64,000 bases of DNA from the NCBI GenBank assembly GCA_050010675.1, contig JBEKKN010000002.1, forward strand, positions 14,277 to 78,276. Direction: 5' to 3'. How positions within the stretch are numbered: the first letter of the stretch is position 1; each line of letters begins with the position of its first letter. Below are positions 1 to 9,465 of the stretch, piece after piece. This DNA comes from Verrucomicrobiota bacterium (GTDB lineage Bacteria > Verrucomicrobiota > Verrucomicrobiia > Limisphaerales > UBA11358). The notes below the pieces were generated by a model. It made no database searches and was not told the origin of the DNA. It worked only from the letters and a program-made list of their open reading frames with translations. A program made the position numbers and the translations under genes.

Positions 1-1178
1 TGGTTTTTAACAAACGACAACTCCTTGCCCAACGCGATTTCGTAACGCGGGTCCTGCTCGTGCCTCAACGCATCCGTGAGCGCGCACAAGAGCTCGGCCT
101 GTACCCACCAGATTTTTCCCGTGTCGGCCGCCGGGTGATCGTCAACGCCCCGATAATAAAGTCCGCCCCGCTGGTGGTCATATCCGTACTGGAGTGCGTG
201 GTCGAGCAGCGCGTAAAAATGATTCCACGACATTTTTTGGCCGAGCACATTTTCCGCGCGGATCATCAGCCAGGCAAATTCGACATTGTGGCCGTAGGAG
301 AGCCCTGCGGTGCCGGGGGCGGTCACCGGCTTCCAATCAAATTGCCGGTAAAAGGCGCACCGGGCCGGATCTCCCGGATAAAAAAACGTCGCATTGACAC
401 GCAAAGCCTCCACCAGTGATTTTTTAACGTCGGGGTCGTGGGTCGCGTCGTATAATTCGGTCAGTGCCTCCATCCAGTGCAAATGCGAGTTCGCGCTTTT
501 GTAACCGACCACTTCGACCGCGTTGCGCGGGTCACCGGGCGAAAGCAGTTTCCAGTTCCGATCCGCCTGTTCAAACCAGCCGTCGTTGGGGTCGTCGTGC
601 AAATGCGCCTGCACGGCGTGGTAAAGCTCCAGCGCGTGGTTCAACGCCTCCTTGTCACCGCTGGCACGGTAGTATTCGACGAAGGCATAAATCGTAAACG
701 CCTGACCATAAATAAATTTGCAGTCGTTCACCGGCTTCCCCGCCAGGTCGGTCGTCCAAAAGTAACCGCCGTTCTGCCGGTCAAGAAAGTGGTCCACCAG
801 AAAATGGTAACCCTGCGCGGCCGCCTGCAAATAATTCCGGTTGGTGTCGCTGTAACCCTCGATTTGGGCGAGCGAGAAGGCCCAGACCATGCGGCTTTGG
901 GTGACGATTTGTTTTTCCGACGGCGTGCCGCGGCCTTTGACGGCGTCATCGTCCAACAAATAACCGCCACGCCGGGTATCCTGCCCGGTGTCAAACCAGT
1001 AAGGGAGGATTTTCCCCGCCAACTGCGCCTTCATTTCGCGCGCCGGCGTGGAAAAATCCATGGCGCGTCCTGCGGTGGGCAGGACGAAAAAGATCGCCAG
1101 AACGATTGCCGGAAGCAGCCAAAGGGAGGGTCGGCAGCCGGGAAAAGCGGCCCGGGTGGCGAATGATTTGATGCACAT
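1..1178 (-). CDS. N-acylglucosamine 2-epimerase (AGE) family epimerase/isomerase; 3' end runs off the window
   Basis: Absent from the ORF track because there is no stop in the window. My manual minus-strand translation from the ATG at 1178 gives a signal-like N-terminus (MCIKSF...LPAIVLAIFFVL). It continues with GGYLLDDD, QSRMVWAFS, YGQAFTIYAFVEYY, NSHLHWMEAL, YGHNVEFAWLM and WWVQAE, which fits an AGE-type (alpha/alpha)6 pattern. The + strand ORFs 60-419 and 477-1166 look like antisense artefacts. Confidence 0.65.
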   Translation of the reverse strand, partial: MCIKSFATRAAFPGCRPSLWLLPAIVLAIFFVLPTAGRAMDFSTPAREMKAQLAGKILPYWFDTGQDTRRGGYLLDDDAVKGRGTPSEKQIVTQSRMVWAFSLAQIEGYSDTNRNYLQAAAQGYHFLVDHFLDRQNGGYFWTTDLAGKPVNDCKFIYGQAFTIYAFVEYYRASGDKEALNHALELYHAVQAHLHDDPNDGWFEQADRNWKLLSPGDPRNAVEVVGYKSANSHLHWMEALTELYDATHDPDVKKSLVEALRVNATFFYPGDPARCAFYRQFDWKPVTAPGTAGLSYGHNVEFAWLMIRAENVLGQKMSWNHFYALLDHALQYGYDHQRGGLYYRGVDDHPAADTGKIWWVQAELLCALTDALRHEQDPRYEIALGKELSFVKN

Positions 1179-1273
1179 GCGCAAAGGGTTACATTTTTAG
1201 AACGCCGCCTCAAGGTTCATCGAGTCATTTTCACTCTTGGCTTTCGCCGCTTCTCGGGTACACTAAAGGTTCC

Positions 1274-3109
1274 ATGATTGATACTGATATTGAATTGTTG
1301 AAGGGCATCGCCAATCAGTTGCGGATTCACTCGATCACCGCAACAACTGCGGCCGGCAGCGGCCATCCGACCTCATGCTGCTCGGCGGCGGATGTGGTGG
1401 CGGCTTTGTTTTTCGGTCACATGCGTTACGACGCGAAGAACCCCCACTACCATAACAATGATCGTTTCATTCTTTCCAAGGGCCATGCCGCACCGCTCCT
1501 CTACGCCGCGTGGGCGGAGACGGGCTTGTTCCCCGTCGACGATTTGTTGAAACTGCGCACGTTCGGCAGCGACCTCGAAGGCCATCCGACGCCGCGGCTG
1601 TCGTTCGTGGACGTGGCCACCGGTTCGCTGGGCCAGGGTTTGAGCGTCGGCGTTGGCATGGCGCTGGCCGCGCGGCTCGACAAGCTCGATTACAACACCT
1701 ACGTTCTGATGGGCGACGGCGAAATCGCCGAAGGCTCCGTGTGGGAGGCCGCATCGCTCGCCGGCGTTTACAAACTGAATAATCTCATTGCGATTGTGGA
1801 TGCGAACCGCCTCGGTCAAAGCCAGGCGACGGCGTTTGGCCACGACATTGGTGTTTATCGCAAGCGATTTGAAGCCTTTGGCTGGCGGGTGGAAGACATT
1901 GACGGTCATGATCTTGAGGAAATTTCGGAGGTGCTCGGCGGCGTCGGACTGAACGATCAACCGCTCGCCATCATCGCCAAGACCTACAAAGGGGCGGGCG
2001 TTTCATTTTTGCAGGATAAGGACGGGTGGCACGGCAAACCGTTGAACAAGGAAGAAGCCGCCAAGGCCATCGCCGAACTTCAGCCGAGCTCGAAGTCTGG
2101 TATCGGCGTCCCGATTACCGCGCCCAACCAACTGCCGGCGCCGAACCTCGCCGCACCCGCGGGCTATCCCCCGCCCAGTTACCAGATCGGCGATTCGGTC
2201 GCGACGCGCGAAGCTTACGGCAACGCCTTGGTGCGCCTGGGCGAGACCGATCAACGCCTGGTGGCGGTGGATGGTGATACCAAGAATTCCACCTACGCGG
2301 ACAAATTCTTCAAAAAATTTCCGGACCGTTCCATTGAATGTTACATTGCCGAACAAAACATGGTTGGCGTGGCCATGGGCTTCGGGGCGCGCGGCAAAGT
2401 ACCGTTCGCATCCACGTTCGCGTGTTTCTTCACGCGGGCGTTCGATCAAATCCGGGTCGCGGGCATTTCGCAGGCGAACCTGAAACTCGCCGGTTCACAC
2501 GTCGGCGTCAGCATCGGGGAGGACGGCCCGTCACAAATGGGCCTGGAAGATCTGGCCATGATGCGCGCCATTGTCGGCAGCACGGTGTTGTATCCCAGCG
2601 ACGCGGTGAGCACCGAAAAACTGGTCGAGCAGATGGCCCTGGCCAAAGGCGTTTGTTATCTGCGCACGTCACGCCCCAAAACGCCGGTCATTTACAAGAA
2701 TGACGAGGCTTTTCCCATTGGCGGTGCGAAGGTGTTGCGCCAAAACGCCGGTGACAAGGTCACCGTTATCGCCGGTGGCGTCACCTTGTTTGAAGCACTC
2801 AAAGCCGCTGATGTTTTGAAAAACGAAGGCGTCGGCATCACGGTCATTGACGCTTACAGCATCAAACCGCTGGCCAAGGATGTGATTCTGGCCGCGGCCA
2901 AAAAGACCGGCAACACGGTCATCACCGTGGAAGACCATTATGCCGAGGGCGGTCTGGGCGACGCGGTCGCCGGCGAACTCAGCACCGACGGCATCAAGGT
3001 CCACAAACTGGCCGTGACCGCGCTGCCGCGCTCCGGCAAGCCGGAGGAATTGCTGGCGCACTTCGGCATTGACGCCGCGGCGATTGTGAAAAAGGTCAAG
3101 GCCCTGTAA
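1274..3109 (+). CDS. tkt: Transketolase (fused N- and C-terminal halves)
   Basis: 611-aa ORF. It has a GSGHPTS thiamine-diphosphate motif, GDGEIAEGSVWEA, and a C-terminal pyrimidine-binding/transketolase C half (EQNMVGVAMG, GEDGPSQMGLEDLAMMR). Confidence 0.9.
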   Translation: MIDTDIELLKGIANQLRIHSITATTAAGSGHPTSCCSAADVVAALFFGHMRYDAKNPHYHNNDRFILSKGHAAPLLYAAWAETGLFPVDDLLKLRTFGSDLEGHPTPRLSFVDVATGSLGQGLSVGVGMALAARLDKLDYNTYVLMGDGEIAEGSVWEAASLAGVYKLNNLIAIVDANRLGQSQATAFGHDIGVYRKRFEAFGWRVEDIDGHDLEEISEVLGGVGLNDQPLAIIAKTYKGAGVSFLQDKDGWHGKPLNKEEAAKAIAELQPSSKSGIGVPITAPNQLPAPNLAAPAGYPPPSYQIGDSVATREAYGNALVRLGETDQRLVAVDGDTKNSTYADKFFKKFPDRSIECYIAEQNMVGVAMGFGARGKVPFASTFACFFTRAFDQIRVAGISQANLKLAGSHVGVSIGEDGPSQMGLEDLAMMRAIVGSTVLYPSDAVSTEKLVEQMALAKGVCYLRTSRPKTPVIYKNDEAFPIGGAKVLRQNAGDKVTVIAGGVTLFEALKAADVLKNEGVGITVIDAYSIKPLAKDVILAAAKKTGNTVITVEDHYAEGGLGDAVAGELSTDGIKVHKLAVTALPRSGKPEELLAHFGIDAAAIVKKVKAL

Positions 3110-3136
3110 CCGCGGGAACGCTTTCCCACCACCCCG

Positions 3137-3168
3137 AAAACGCGGAGAAACTTCTCCGCGTTTTTCTT
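3137..3168 (+). terminator. Rho-independent terminator after tkt
   Basis: Stem cgcggagaa (3141-3149) pairs with ttctccgcg (3152-3160) and is followed by a tttttcttt run. Confidence 0.7.
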
Positions 3169-3237
3169 TGGATTTCCCGCGTTCCGACGGTTTTCTTTTT
3201 GCCAATCCGGCGGGGTTGAGGCAGATTGACGTGGGAC

Positions 3238-3801
3238 ATGAGCGCGAACGGGAAATTCCTCAAAGGTCGGTTGCTGCTGGACGGTGGTAATTTGAGCGGT
3301 TCATTTTTCCACCAGTCGGTGGTTTTGATTTGCCAGCACGACGCCGACGGCGCGTTCGGCCTCGTGCTTAACCATTCACTGGGCAAAACGGTGGGTGAGA
3401 TGGTGGTGGCCGACCTGCCCGATCGGCTCAAGGAATCGCCTTTATATCTGGGCGGACCGGTCCAACCCGCGGCCTTGAGCTTTTTACATACGGATAATTT
3501 CATCCCCAACGCCGACGTGCTGCCGAATCTGGCGCTCGGGCATTCGATCGATGAACTGGTGGACATCGGCGAGTCATTCTCAACGGGCAAGCAGGTCAAA
3601 ATGTTTGCGGGTTACGCCGGCTGGTCACCCGGCCAGTTGGAGACCGAGATGAAACGCAAGTCATGGCTCACCTTTCCCGCCTCGCTGGAACTGGTCTTCG
3701 AAACACCTCCCGATCAACTCTGGCAAAAAATCCTGAAAAGCAAGGGGGGCTGGAAAAACAAACTCCTCTCCCAGACGCCGGACGATTTGTCACTGAATTG
3801 A
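3238..3801 (+). CDS. YqgE/AlgH family protein (UPF0301)
   Basis: Motifs SVVLICQHDADGAFGLVLN and FAGYAGWSPGQLETE are typical of the family. I chose the ATG at 3238 rather than the TTG at 3226. Confidence 0.8.
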   Translation: MSANGKFLKGRLLLDGGNLSGSFFHQSVVLICQHDADGAFGLVLNHSLGKTVGEMVVADLPDRLKESPLYLGGPVQPAALSFLHTDNFIPNADVLPNLALGHSIDELVDIGESFSTGKQVKMFAGYAGWSPGQLETEMKRKSWLTFPASLELVFETPPDQLWQKILKSKGGWKNKLLSQTPDDLSLN

Positions 3802-3808
3802 AAAACCC

Positions 3809-4015
3809 ATGAAGACCGGTTTTGTGGAAGGTGGCCTGTCCAGATTTCGCCGCAGCAAGGAATCCACACTGTGGAAATCCATTGAAGCGGAATATGCCGA
3901 CCGGCTCGCCTCGGCGTCCCCGCTGAAAAAGCTGCACATCAAATTACAGATGCAGCGGGCATTTCTACGGCGAAGAAAAAAGGGGCACGAGCCCTCACCG
4001 GGAACCCTGTGGTAG
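3809..4015 (+). CDS. Small basic hypothetical protein (68 aa)
   Basis: ATG is 8 nt after the yqgE-like stop, and codon third positions are fairly GC-rich. I recognise no family. Confidence 0.3.
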   Translation: MKTGFVEGGLSRFRRSKESTLWKSIEAEYADRLASASPLKKLHIKLQMQRAFLRRRKKGHEPSPGTLW

Positions 4016-4063
4016 GAACGCACGCCGCGGCACCCCGGTCGGCGGGCCACGCTGACCTTGCCC

Positions 4064-5035
4064 TCAATTCGCCTCGACGCGCAACCAGGCGGCGTCCGAT
4101 GTGGATAACATCTTCGTTTGCTCCAAACCCGCGGGCACCAGACAGAATTCGCCGGCGGCCAGTGCGACCGAAACCCGATCGCTCATGATTTCAAGCTGGC
4201 CGCGGACCACGGCAATGAGTTGAAGTCGGTGCGGCTTTAAATTCAGTCCGGCGCCGGCCCTCGTCTCCCCGGCTTCGACGTTGAAAAGGGGATCGGTTAC
4301 GAGCGGACGTAATTTGACATCACTGCCCGTGAACCGGTTTGGGACCAATGCCGGTTCGAAATCCCCGAAATCAATGCTTGCCAGTGATTCCGCGATGTGG
4401 AGTGCCCGCGGTTTGCCGTCCAGCCCCACGCGGTTCCAATCGAACACGCGGTAGGTGGTGTCTGAATTTTGCTGCATTTCAAAGATAACGAGGCCCGCGC
4501 CGATGGCATGGACGCGGCCGCTGGGTAGAAACATCGCGTCGCCGGCCTTCACCGGCAGGCGGTGAAAACATTCAGCCACACTGCCATCCCGGATTTTCTT
4601 CTCAAATTCCGCGCGGGTGACCCCGCGCTTGAGGCCCACGTACAATTCCGCGCCGGGTGCGGCGGCGGCAATGTACCACATCTCGGTTTTCGGCTCGCCG
4701 CCCAGCCCGGCCGCCTGATTCGCGGGGGGATGAACCTGGAGCGAAAGTTTTTCCTGCGCGTCGAGAATTTTGCACAGCAATGGAAAACGATTCCCCGTGG
4801 CCGCTTTTGCGCCGCCGAGCAGTTCGCGTGTGTGATGTTCCATGAGCCAACGCAGATTTTTTCCGGCGAGCGGACCGTTAGCAATAACGCTGGCGTAGCC
4901 GGGCCGGTCACTGATTTCCCACGATTCGCCGATGAGTACATCCGGCGGAAGCGGTTTGCCGTAGAGCCGCTCGATGCCGCGCCCGCCCCAGACGCGTTCC
5001 TTGAAAATCGGCTGAAAAGTGAACGGATAGAGCAC
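4064..5035 (-). CDS. manA: Class I mannose-6-phosphate isomerase
   Basis: Motifs KERVWGG, LSLQVHP, EMWYI and FLPSGRVHAIG indicate a cupin-type PMI. 323 aa. Confidence 0.8.
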   Translation of the reverse strand: MLYPFTFQPIFKERVWGGRGIERLYGKPLPPDVLIGESWEISDRPGYASVIANGPLAGKNLRWLMEHHTRELLGGAKAATGNRFPLLCKILDAQEKLSLQVHPPANQAAGLGGEPKTEMWYIAAAAPGAELYVGLKRGVTRAEFEKKIRDGSVAECFHRLPVKAGDAMFLPSGRVHAIGAGLVIFEMQQNSDTTYRVFDWNRVGLDGKPRALHIAESLASIDFGDFEPALVPNRFTGSDVKLRPLVTDPLFNVEAGETRAGAGLNLKPHRLQLIAVVRGQLEIMSDRVSVALAAGEFCLVPAGLEQTKMLSTSDAAWLRVEAN

Positions 5036-5041
5036 GGAGAT

Positions 5042-6082
5042 TTATGCCGTGGCCGCCGCGCGGGACAGGACACTGACCGCCGGGCTGAGCACCGGCCTGG
5101 CTTCCTCGGCCGGAGGCTGGGCTTTTTCGGAGAATTGCCCGTGGGCGCGGAATTTTTCGTAGCGCTTTTTCAAACGCACGGCGGGCGGCAGTGCCGCAAT
5201 TTCCTCCAGGTGCTTGAGCAGGTGCTTTTTCAGATTTAACGCCGTCGCGTCCGGATCGGTGTGTGCGCCACCGAGCGGTTCGGGCACGATTTCGTCCACG
5301 AGTTTGAGCTCGAACAAATCCTTGGCGGTAATTTTAAGGGCGGCGGCGGCTTTGGCGGCATGGGCCCGGTCCTTCCACAGGATCGCCGCGCAACCTTCCG
5401 GACTGATGACCGAGTAATAGGCGTTCTCGAGAATCAACACGCGATCGGCCACCCCGATGCCCAGTGCGCCGCCGGAACCGCCTTCGCCGATCACGGCGGT
5501 GATGATGGGCACTTCAAACAGCGTCATTTCACGGAGGTTGACGGCGATCGCCTCGGCGATATGGCGTTCCTCCGCACCGATGCCGGGAAAGGCGCCCGTC
5601 GTGTCAATGAGCGTGATGATGGGCAGGCCGAATTTGTTCGCCAGGCGCATCAACCGCAGCGCCTTGCGATAGCCTTCGGGATGGGCGCAACCGAAGTTGC
5701 GCATAATGTTATCCTTGGTGTCCCGACCTTTTTGCGTGCCGATGACCATCACCCGGTGTTCCCCGAGCCGGGCAAAGCCGCCCACCATGGCGCGATCCTC
5801 GGCAAACAGGCGGTCGCCGTGCAGTTCCTGAAAATCAGTGAACGTCTTTCCGAGGTAATCCAACGTGTAAGGCCGCTTGGGGTGCCGCGCCAATTGCACG
5901 CGCTGCCACGCGTTGAGGTTCGAGAAAATCTGCCGCCGGGTTTCCTCCAGCTTCTTTTCGATAAGCTGGATTTCCTCCTCGAAACTGATGCCCAACGAAT
6001 GTTTTTCCGGGTGTTCGCGGAGCTCATCGAGCTTGATCTGCAGTTCGATAATCGGTTTCTCGAAATCGAGCTGATGTTTCAT
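5042..6082 (-). CDS. accA: Acetyl-CoA carboxylase carboxyltransferase subunit alpha
   Basis: Motifs WQRVQLARHPKRPYTLDY, PIITLIDTTGAFPGIGAEERH and GEGGSGGALGIG. Confidence 0.9.
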   Translation of the reverse strand: MKHQLDFEKPIIELQIKLDELREHPEKHSLGISFEEEIQLIEKKLEETRRQIFSNLNAWQRVQLARHPKRPYTLDYLGKTFTDFQELHGDRLFAEDRAMVGGFARLGEHRVMVIGTQKGRDTKDNIMRNFGCAHPEGYRKALRLMRLANKFGLPIITLIDTTGAFPGIGAEERHIAEAIAVNLREMTLFEVPIITAVIGEGGSGGALGIGVADRVLILENAYYSVISPEGCAAILWKDRAHAAKAAAALKITAKDLFELKLVDEIVPEPLGGAHTDPDATALNLKKHLLKHLEEIAALPPAVRLKKRYEKFRAHGQFSEKAQPPAEEARPVLSPAVSVLSRAAATA

Positions 6083-6129
6083 GTGTCGGGGACTTTATCC
6101 GTTTTTGGCCTGACAATCAATCGGAATTC

Positions 6130-6166
6130 CACAAATGCGAAAGGCCGGACTTTCGTCCGGCCCCCG
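6130..6166 (-). terminator. GAAA-capped hairpin plus T-rich tract (minus strand), about 60 nt upstream of accA
   Basis: The minus strand reads ggccggac-gaaa-gtccggcc (6162-6143) followed by tttcgcattt. It could terminate pgl read-through or a small transcript, or attenuate accA. Confidence 0.45.
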
Positions 6167-6355
6167 CGATGACGAGGTTTATACGCCTTCACCAAGGCGC
6201 TCAGAAGGGTGACGCGACCAACTTGGGGGTCGCTGTTCGAGCCGCGTCACGAGCAAAACCCCTATGCCAACCCTAAACGAACAGCGAAATCCTCACTAAT
6301 CACACTATCATAGACGGCGGAAAACGCAAAAAGTTCAAAAAATATTCAAACTTTT

Positions 6356-7111
6356 TCAACCGGCTCGATTTAGCCTGATTTCACAGTAAATCCGGGTGTT
6401 TTGACGCAACTGGATAACCCGACCCAATGGGGTTTTTCCTGGAAAATCAAGCGATTCACGCAACGCCTTTTCCTTGCCCGCGCCCGAAATCAACACCCAA
6501 ACCTGTTTTGCGGCCGCAATCGCGACATAACTCAACGAAAGGCGCCGGGGGGGTAGTTTGGGCGAATTCTCCACTATCAGAAAGGGAGCGGTGTTCTGGA
6601 CGATTCCCGCCGGAGCGCCTGGAAATAGCGAAGCCACGTGGCCGTCCTCACCCATGCCGAGCAGAACCAGATCCAGAACCGGCTGGCCGGCAGGGTTTGC
6701 CGGAGCGAGCCGGCGAAGTTCCGCTTCGGCCTCCCTCACGGCAACGGCCGGCGCCTCTTCACCACGCAGGCGGTGTATCTGGTTTTCCGGGATTCCCAGC
6801 GGCGCGAATAGAAGATCCTTGGCCAGCTTAAAATTGCTTTCCGGATCGCCTGGCGGAACGCAGCGCTCGTCCGCCCAGAAAAAATGGACGTTGTCTGGAA
6901 GGGACGGCGTGCCGCCGTCCCCAATTTTTCGGGCCCTGGCCTGTTCGACGACCGACGCGAAAAACGTCTGCGCAATGCGGCCGCCAGACAGCGCGACGCA
7001 TTGCACTTTGCCGGCCCGGTTGGCTGACTCGACTTCGCCCAGCCAGGCGCTGGCGGCGGCCCGGGCCAGTTCGTCGGCGGTGGCGAAGGAAAGCAGCTCA
7101 AAGTTTTTCAT
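6356..7111 (-). CDS. pgl: 6-phosphogluconolactonase
   Basis: Motifs ALSGGRI, FFWADERCVPP and LLGMGEDGHVASLFP. It lies directly downstream of zwf. Confidence 0.85.
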   Translation of the reverse strand: MKNFELLSFATADELARAAASAWLGEVESANRAGKVQCVALSGGRIAQTFFASVVEQARARKIGDGGTPSLPDNVHFFWADERCVPPGDPESNFKLAKDLLFAPLGIPENQIHRLRGEEAPAVAVREAEAELRRLAPANPAGQPVLDLVLLGMGEDGHVASLFPGAPAGIVQNTAPFLIVENSPKLPPRRLSLSYVAIAAAKQVWVLISGAGKEKALRESLDFPGKTPLGRVIQLRQNTRIYCEIRLNRAG

Positions 7112-7118
7112 TTAATTT

Positions 7119-7755
7119 GGGAGGGACGGCGTGCGCCGTCCCTAATATTACCAAGGTAAAACATTCATTCGTCCTTGAAACAGCCATTCATCAGGTTGTT
7201 TTACCAAGCCGGCACGAACCGGATTTTCACGGACGTAAGTCCATTTCTGGTCATAATTTTCACTGCGCCGCAGACGTGTATCCCAGAAATCCCGCTGCCA
7301 TTGGCCAGTTTCGGGCAAATGAAGACAGCTCAATTCACGTTTCCAAAACGATACCCATCGTGGCAAGGTTACGGTCAAATCCCGCGGCGCACAAAACAGG
7401 TGCACGTGGTCCGGCATCAGCAAATAATCGCCGACAAGCCAGGTATCGGTTGACAGCCAGATTTTACGAAGTGCATCGTGGACATTGGGTTGTGGCAGCC
7501 ACGATTGACGGTCCTTGGTGCAAACGGTCAGAAAGACAATCGCCGGTTGTTGGAGAGAAATCAAAACGCCGTGTACCGGATGTTTTCGTCCGGGTTCTGA
7601 AAACAGCGCATAGTCTGGCGGCATAAAAAAAATTGCGGACGGACGCCGTGTCGGCGTCCCAAATCAATTCCGGGAGGGCTGGCGTGTCGCCGACCCCAAT
7701 TTCCGAATGATTATTTTGCAAAGAAATATGGGGACGGCGACACGCCGTCCCTCCC
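7119..7755. mobile_element. RAYT gene with flanking REP-like GC hairpins, inserted between zwf and pgl
   Basis: Hairpin agggacggcg-tg-cgccgtccct lies at 7122-7143. Hairpin ggacgccg-tgt-cggcgtcc lies at 7641-7659. A degenerate copy lies at 7672-7698. Hairpin gggacggcg-aca-cgccgtccc lies at 7731-7751. The outer two hairpins are inverted relative to each other. Confidence 0.7.
7148..7624 (-). CDS. REP-associated tyrosine transposase (RAYT; IS200/Y1 transposase-like)
   Basis: HUH motif MPDHVHLF and catalytic Tyr motif WTYVRENPVRAGLV. 158 aa, flanked by palindromic GC repeats. Confidence 0.8.
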   Translation of the reverse strand: MPPDYALFSEPGRKHPVHGVLISLQQPAIVFLTVCTKDRQSWLPQPNVHDALRKIWLSTDTWLVGDYLLMPDHVHLFCAPRDLTVTLPRWVSFWKRELSCLHLPETGQWQRDFWDTRLRRSENYDQKWTYVRENPVRAGLVKQPDEWLFQGRMNVLPW

Positions 7756-7761
7756 AAAAGC

Positions 7762-9396
7762 TTATTTTACCATCTGCGGCTCGTGCCAGACGTGGCCGCC
7801 CTGGGCCAGCAAATCGTCGGCGGCAATCGGGCCCCAGGTTCCGGCGGCGTAAAATTCCCGGTTTGTCAGCGGCTTGCCGTCCCAGCCGGTGCGAATGGAA
7901 TCCACAATCTGCCACGCGGTCTCCACCTCATCGCGGCGGATGAACAGGGTGGCATCGCCGGCAATGGCTTCGAGCAGCAGCCGTTCATAGGCCTCGGGCG
8001 TGTAGGCGCCAAACTCGGAATCGTAACTAAAATGCATCCGCACGGGTCGCACGCCCAGACTCATGCCCGGCACCTTGCCGTTGAACCGCAGATAGATGCC
8101 TTCATTCGGCTGGAGGCGCAATGCAATGGCGTTGGTGTCAAGATGTTGCCCGCATTGCGCGGCGAACAGCACGTGCGGTGTGGGGCGAAATTGGATGCGC
8201 ACTTCGCTGGCGCTCATGGGCAGGTTTTTGCCGGTGCGCAGATAAAACGGCACACCCGACCAGCGCCAGTTGTCGATGAGGAGCTTCAACGCGACGTAGG
8301 TTTCGACATTGGAATTCGGCTGCACCTTCGGCTCCTGCCGGTATCCGGGCCGCGCTTCGCCGTTGACGATGCCGGCAAAGTATTGTCCGCGCACGACCTG
8401 TCGGGCCACGTCCTCGGGCGTCAGCGCACGGATGGATTTGAGCAGCTTGACCTTTTCGTCGCGGACGGATTCGGCGGCGAGCGACACGGGCGGCTCCATG
8501 GTCACGAGCGACAGCACCTGAAGCATGTGGTTCTGCACCATGTCGCGCAAGGCACCGGCTTCCTCGTAATAACCGCCGCGGTCGCCCACGCCGATTTTTT
8601 CGCTGACGGTGATTTGCACGTGCTCCACGGATTCGCGGTTCCAGAGCCGTTCAAAAATCGAATTGGAAAAACGGAACATCAAGATGTTCTGGACCGTCTC
8701 CTTGCCGAGATAATGGTCAATGCGGCAGACCTGCTGCTCGTGGGCGTAGCGCGTCAATTCGCGGTTCAACATCTGGGCGGAGGCGAGATCGTGGCCGAAT
8801 GGTTTCTCCACCACGATGCGTTGCCAGCCGGCGCCGTCCTTGTGCAACAGACCGGCGCGATGGATTTGCTCAATAACTTCGCCGAACTGGCTCGGTTGTG
8901 TGGCGAGATATAACAGCAGATTTTCCCGCAGCGGACCGCTGCCGAACGAGGTCAGCAGTTCTTCCAGCTTTTTGTAGGCTGCGGCGTCGGTGAGGTCACC
9001 CCGGCAATAAAACAGATTTTTGGCGAATTCCTTCCACACCGCCTCGTCCACCGGCTGGGTCCGCGAGAATTGGTTGAGCTCCTCGCGCAATTCGTTCCGC
9101 CACGATTCGTCCGTCTTGTCGCGCCGGGCAAAGCCGATGACCCGGAACGCGGACGGCAGCTGCTTGTCCTTGCACAGATGATAAAACGCGGGGATGAGTT
9201 TGCGCGCGGTGAGGTCGCCGCTCGCGCCAAAGATGACGATGGAACAGGGTCCGGGCGGTTTGCGCTCGGCGCTGATGTTGCCCGTCGCCGGTTCCTCCAT
9301 GGAAATCGAAGTATTCACAGCGACAACCATGGCGCAAGCGGCGGACAAATTCAACGATTCTTGCAGCACGCGCCTCAAAAATTGTGCGGCGCTCAA
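7762..9396 (-). CDS. zwf: Glucose-6-phosphate dehydrogenase
   Basis: Motifs IFGASGDLTARKL, RIDHYLGKE and the Zwf C-terminal domain. The maximal ORF starts at TTG 9396. The ATGs at 9330 or 9300 are more likely true starts. Confidence 0.9.
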   Translation of the reverse strand: MSAAQFLRRVLQESLNLSAACAMVVAVNTSISMEEPATGNISAERKPPGPCSIVIFGASGDLTARKLIPAFYHLCKDKQLPSAFRVIGFARRDKTDESWRNELREELNQFSRTQPVDEAVWKEFAKNLFYCRGDLTDAAAYKKLEELLTSFGSGPLRENLLLYLATQPSQFGEVIEQIHRAGLLHKDGAGWQRIVVEKPFGHDLASAQMLNRELTRYAHEQQVCRIDHYLGKETVQNILMFRFSNSIFERLWNRESVEHVQITVSEKIGVGDRGGYYEEAGALRDMVQNHMLQVLSLVTMEPPVSLAAESVRDEKVKLLKSIRALTPEDVARQVVRGQYFAGIVNGEARPGYRQEPKVQPNSNVETYVALKLLIDNWRWSGVPFYLRTGKNLPMSASEVRIQFRPTPHVLFAAQCGQHLDTNAIALRLQPNEGIYLRFNGKVPGMSLGVRPVRMHFSYDSEFGAYTPEAYERLLLEAIAGDATLFIRRDEVETAWQIVDSIRTGWDGKPLTNREFYAAGTWGPIAADDLLAQGGHVWHEPQMVK

Positions 9397-9465
9397 AAAT
9401 TGCTCGCTCGACGCGGCGTTTTTTCACAAAATTCCCGCATCCGGCTCCGGATTCCCGGAGCGAAG

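Noticed and set aside
6164-6300. SRP RNA, 6S RNA, tmRNA or RNase P in the pgl-accA spacer
   Set aside because: I could not find the conserved SRP domain IV motif, a tmRNA tag ORF, or RNase P/6S-like global architecture. The region is kept only as an unassigned structured spacer.
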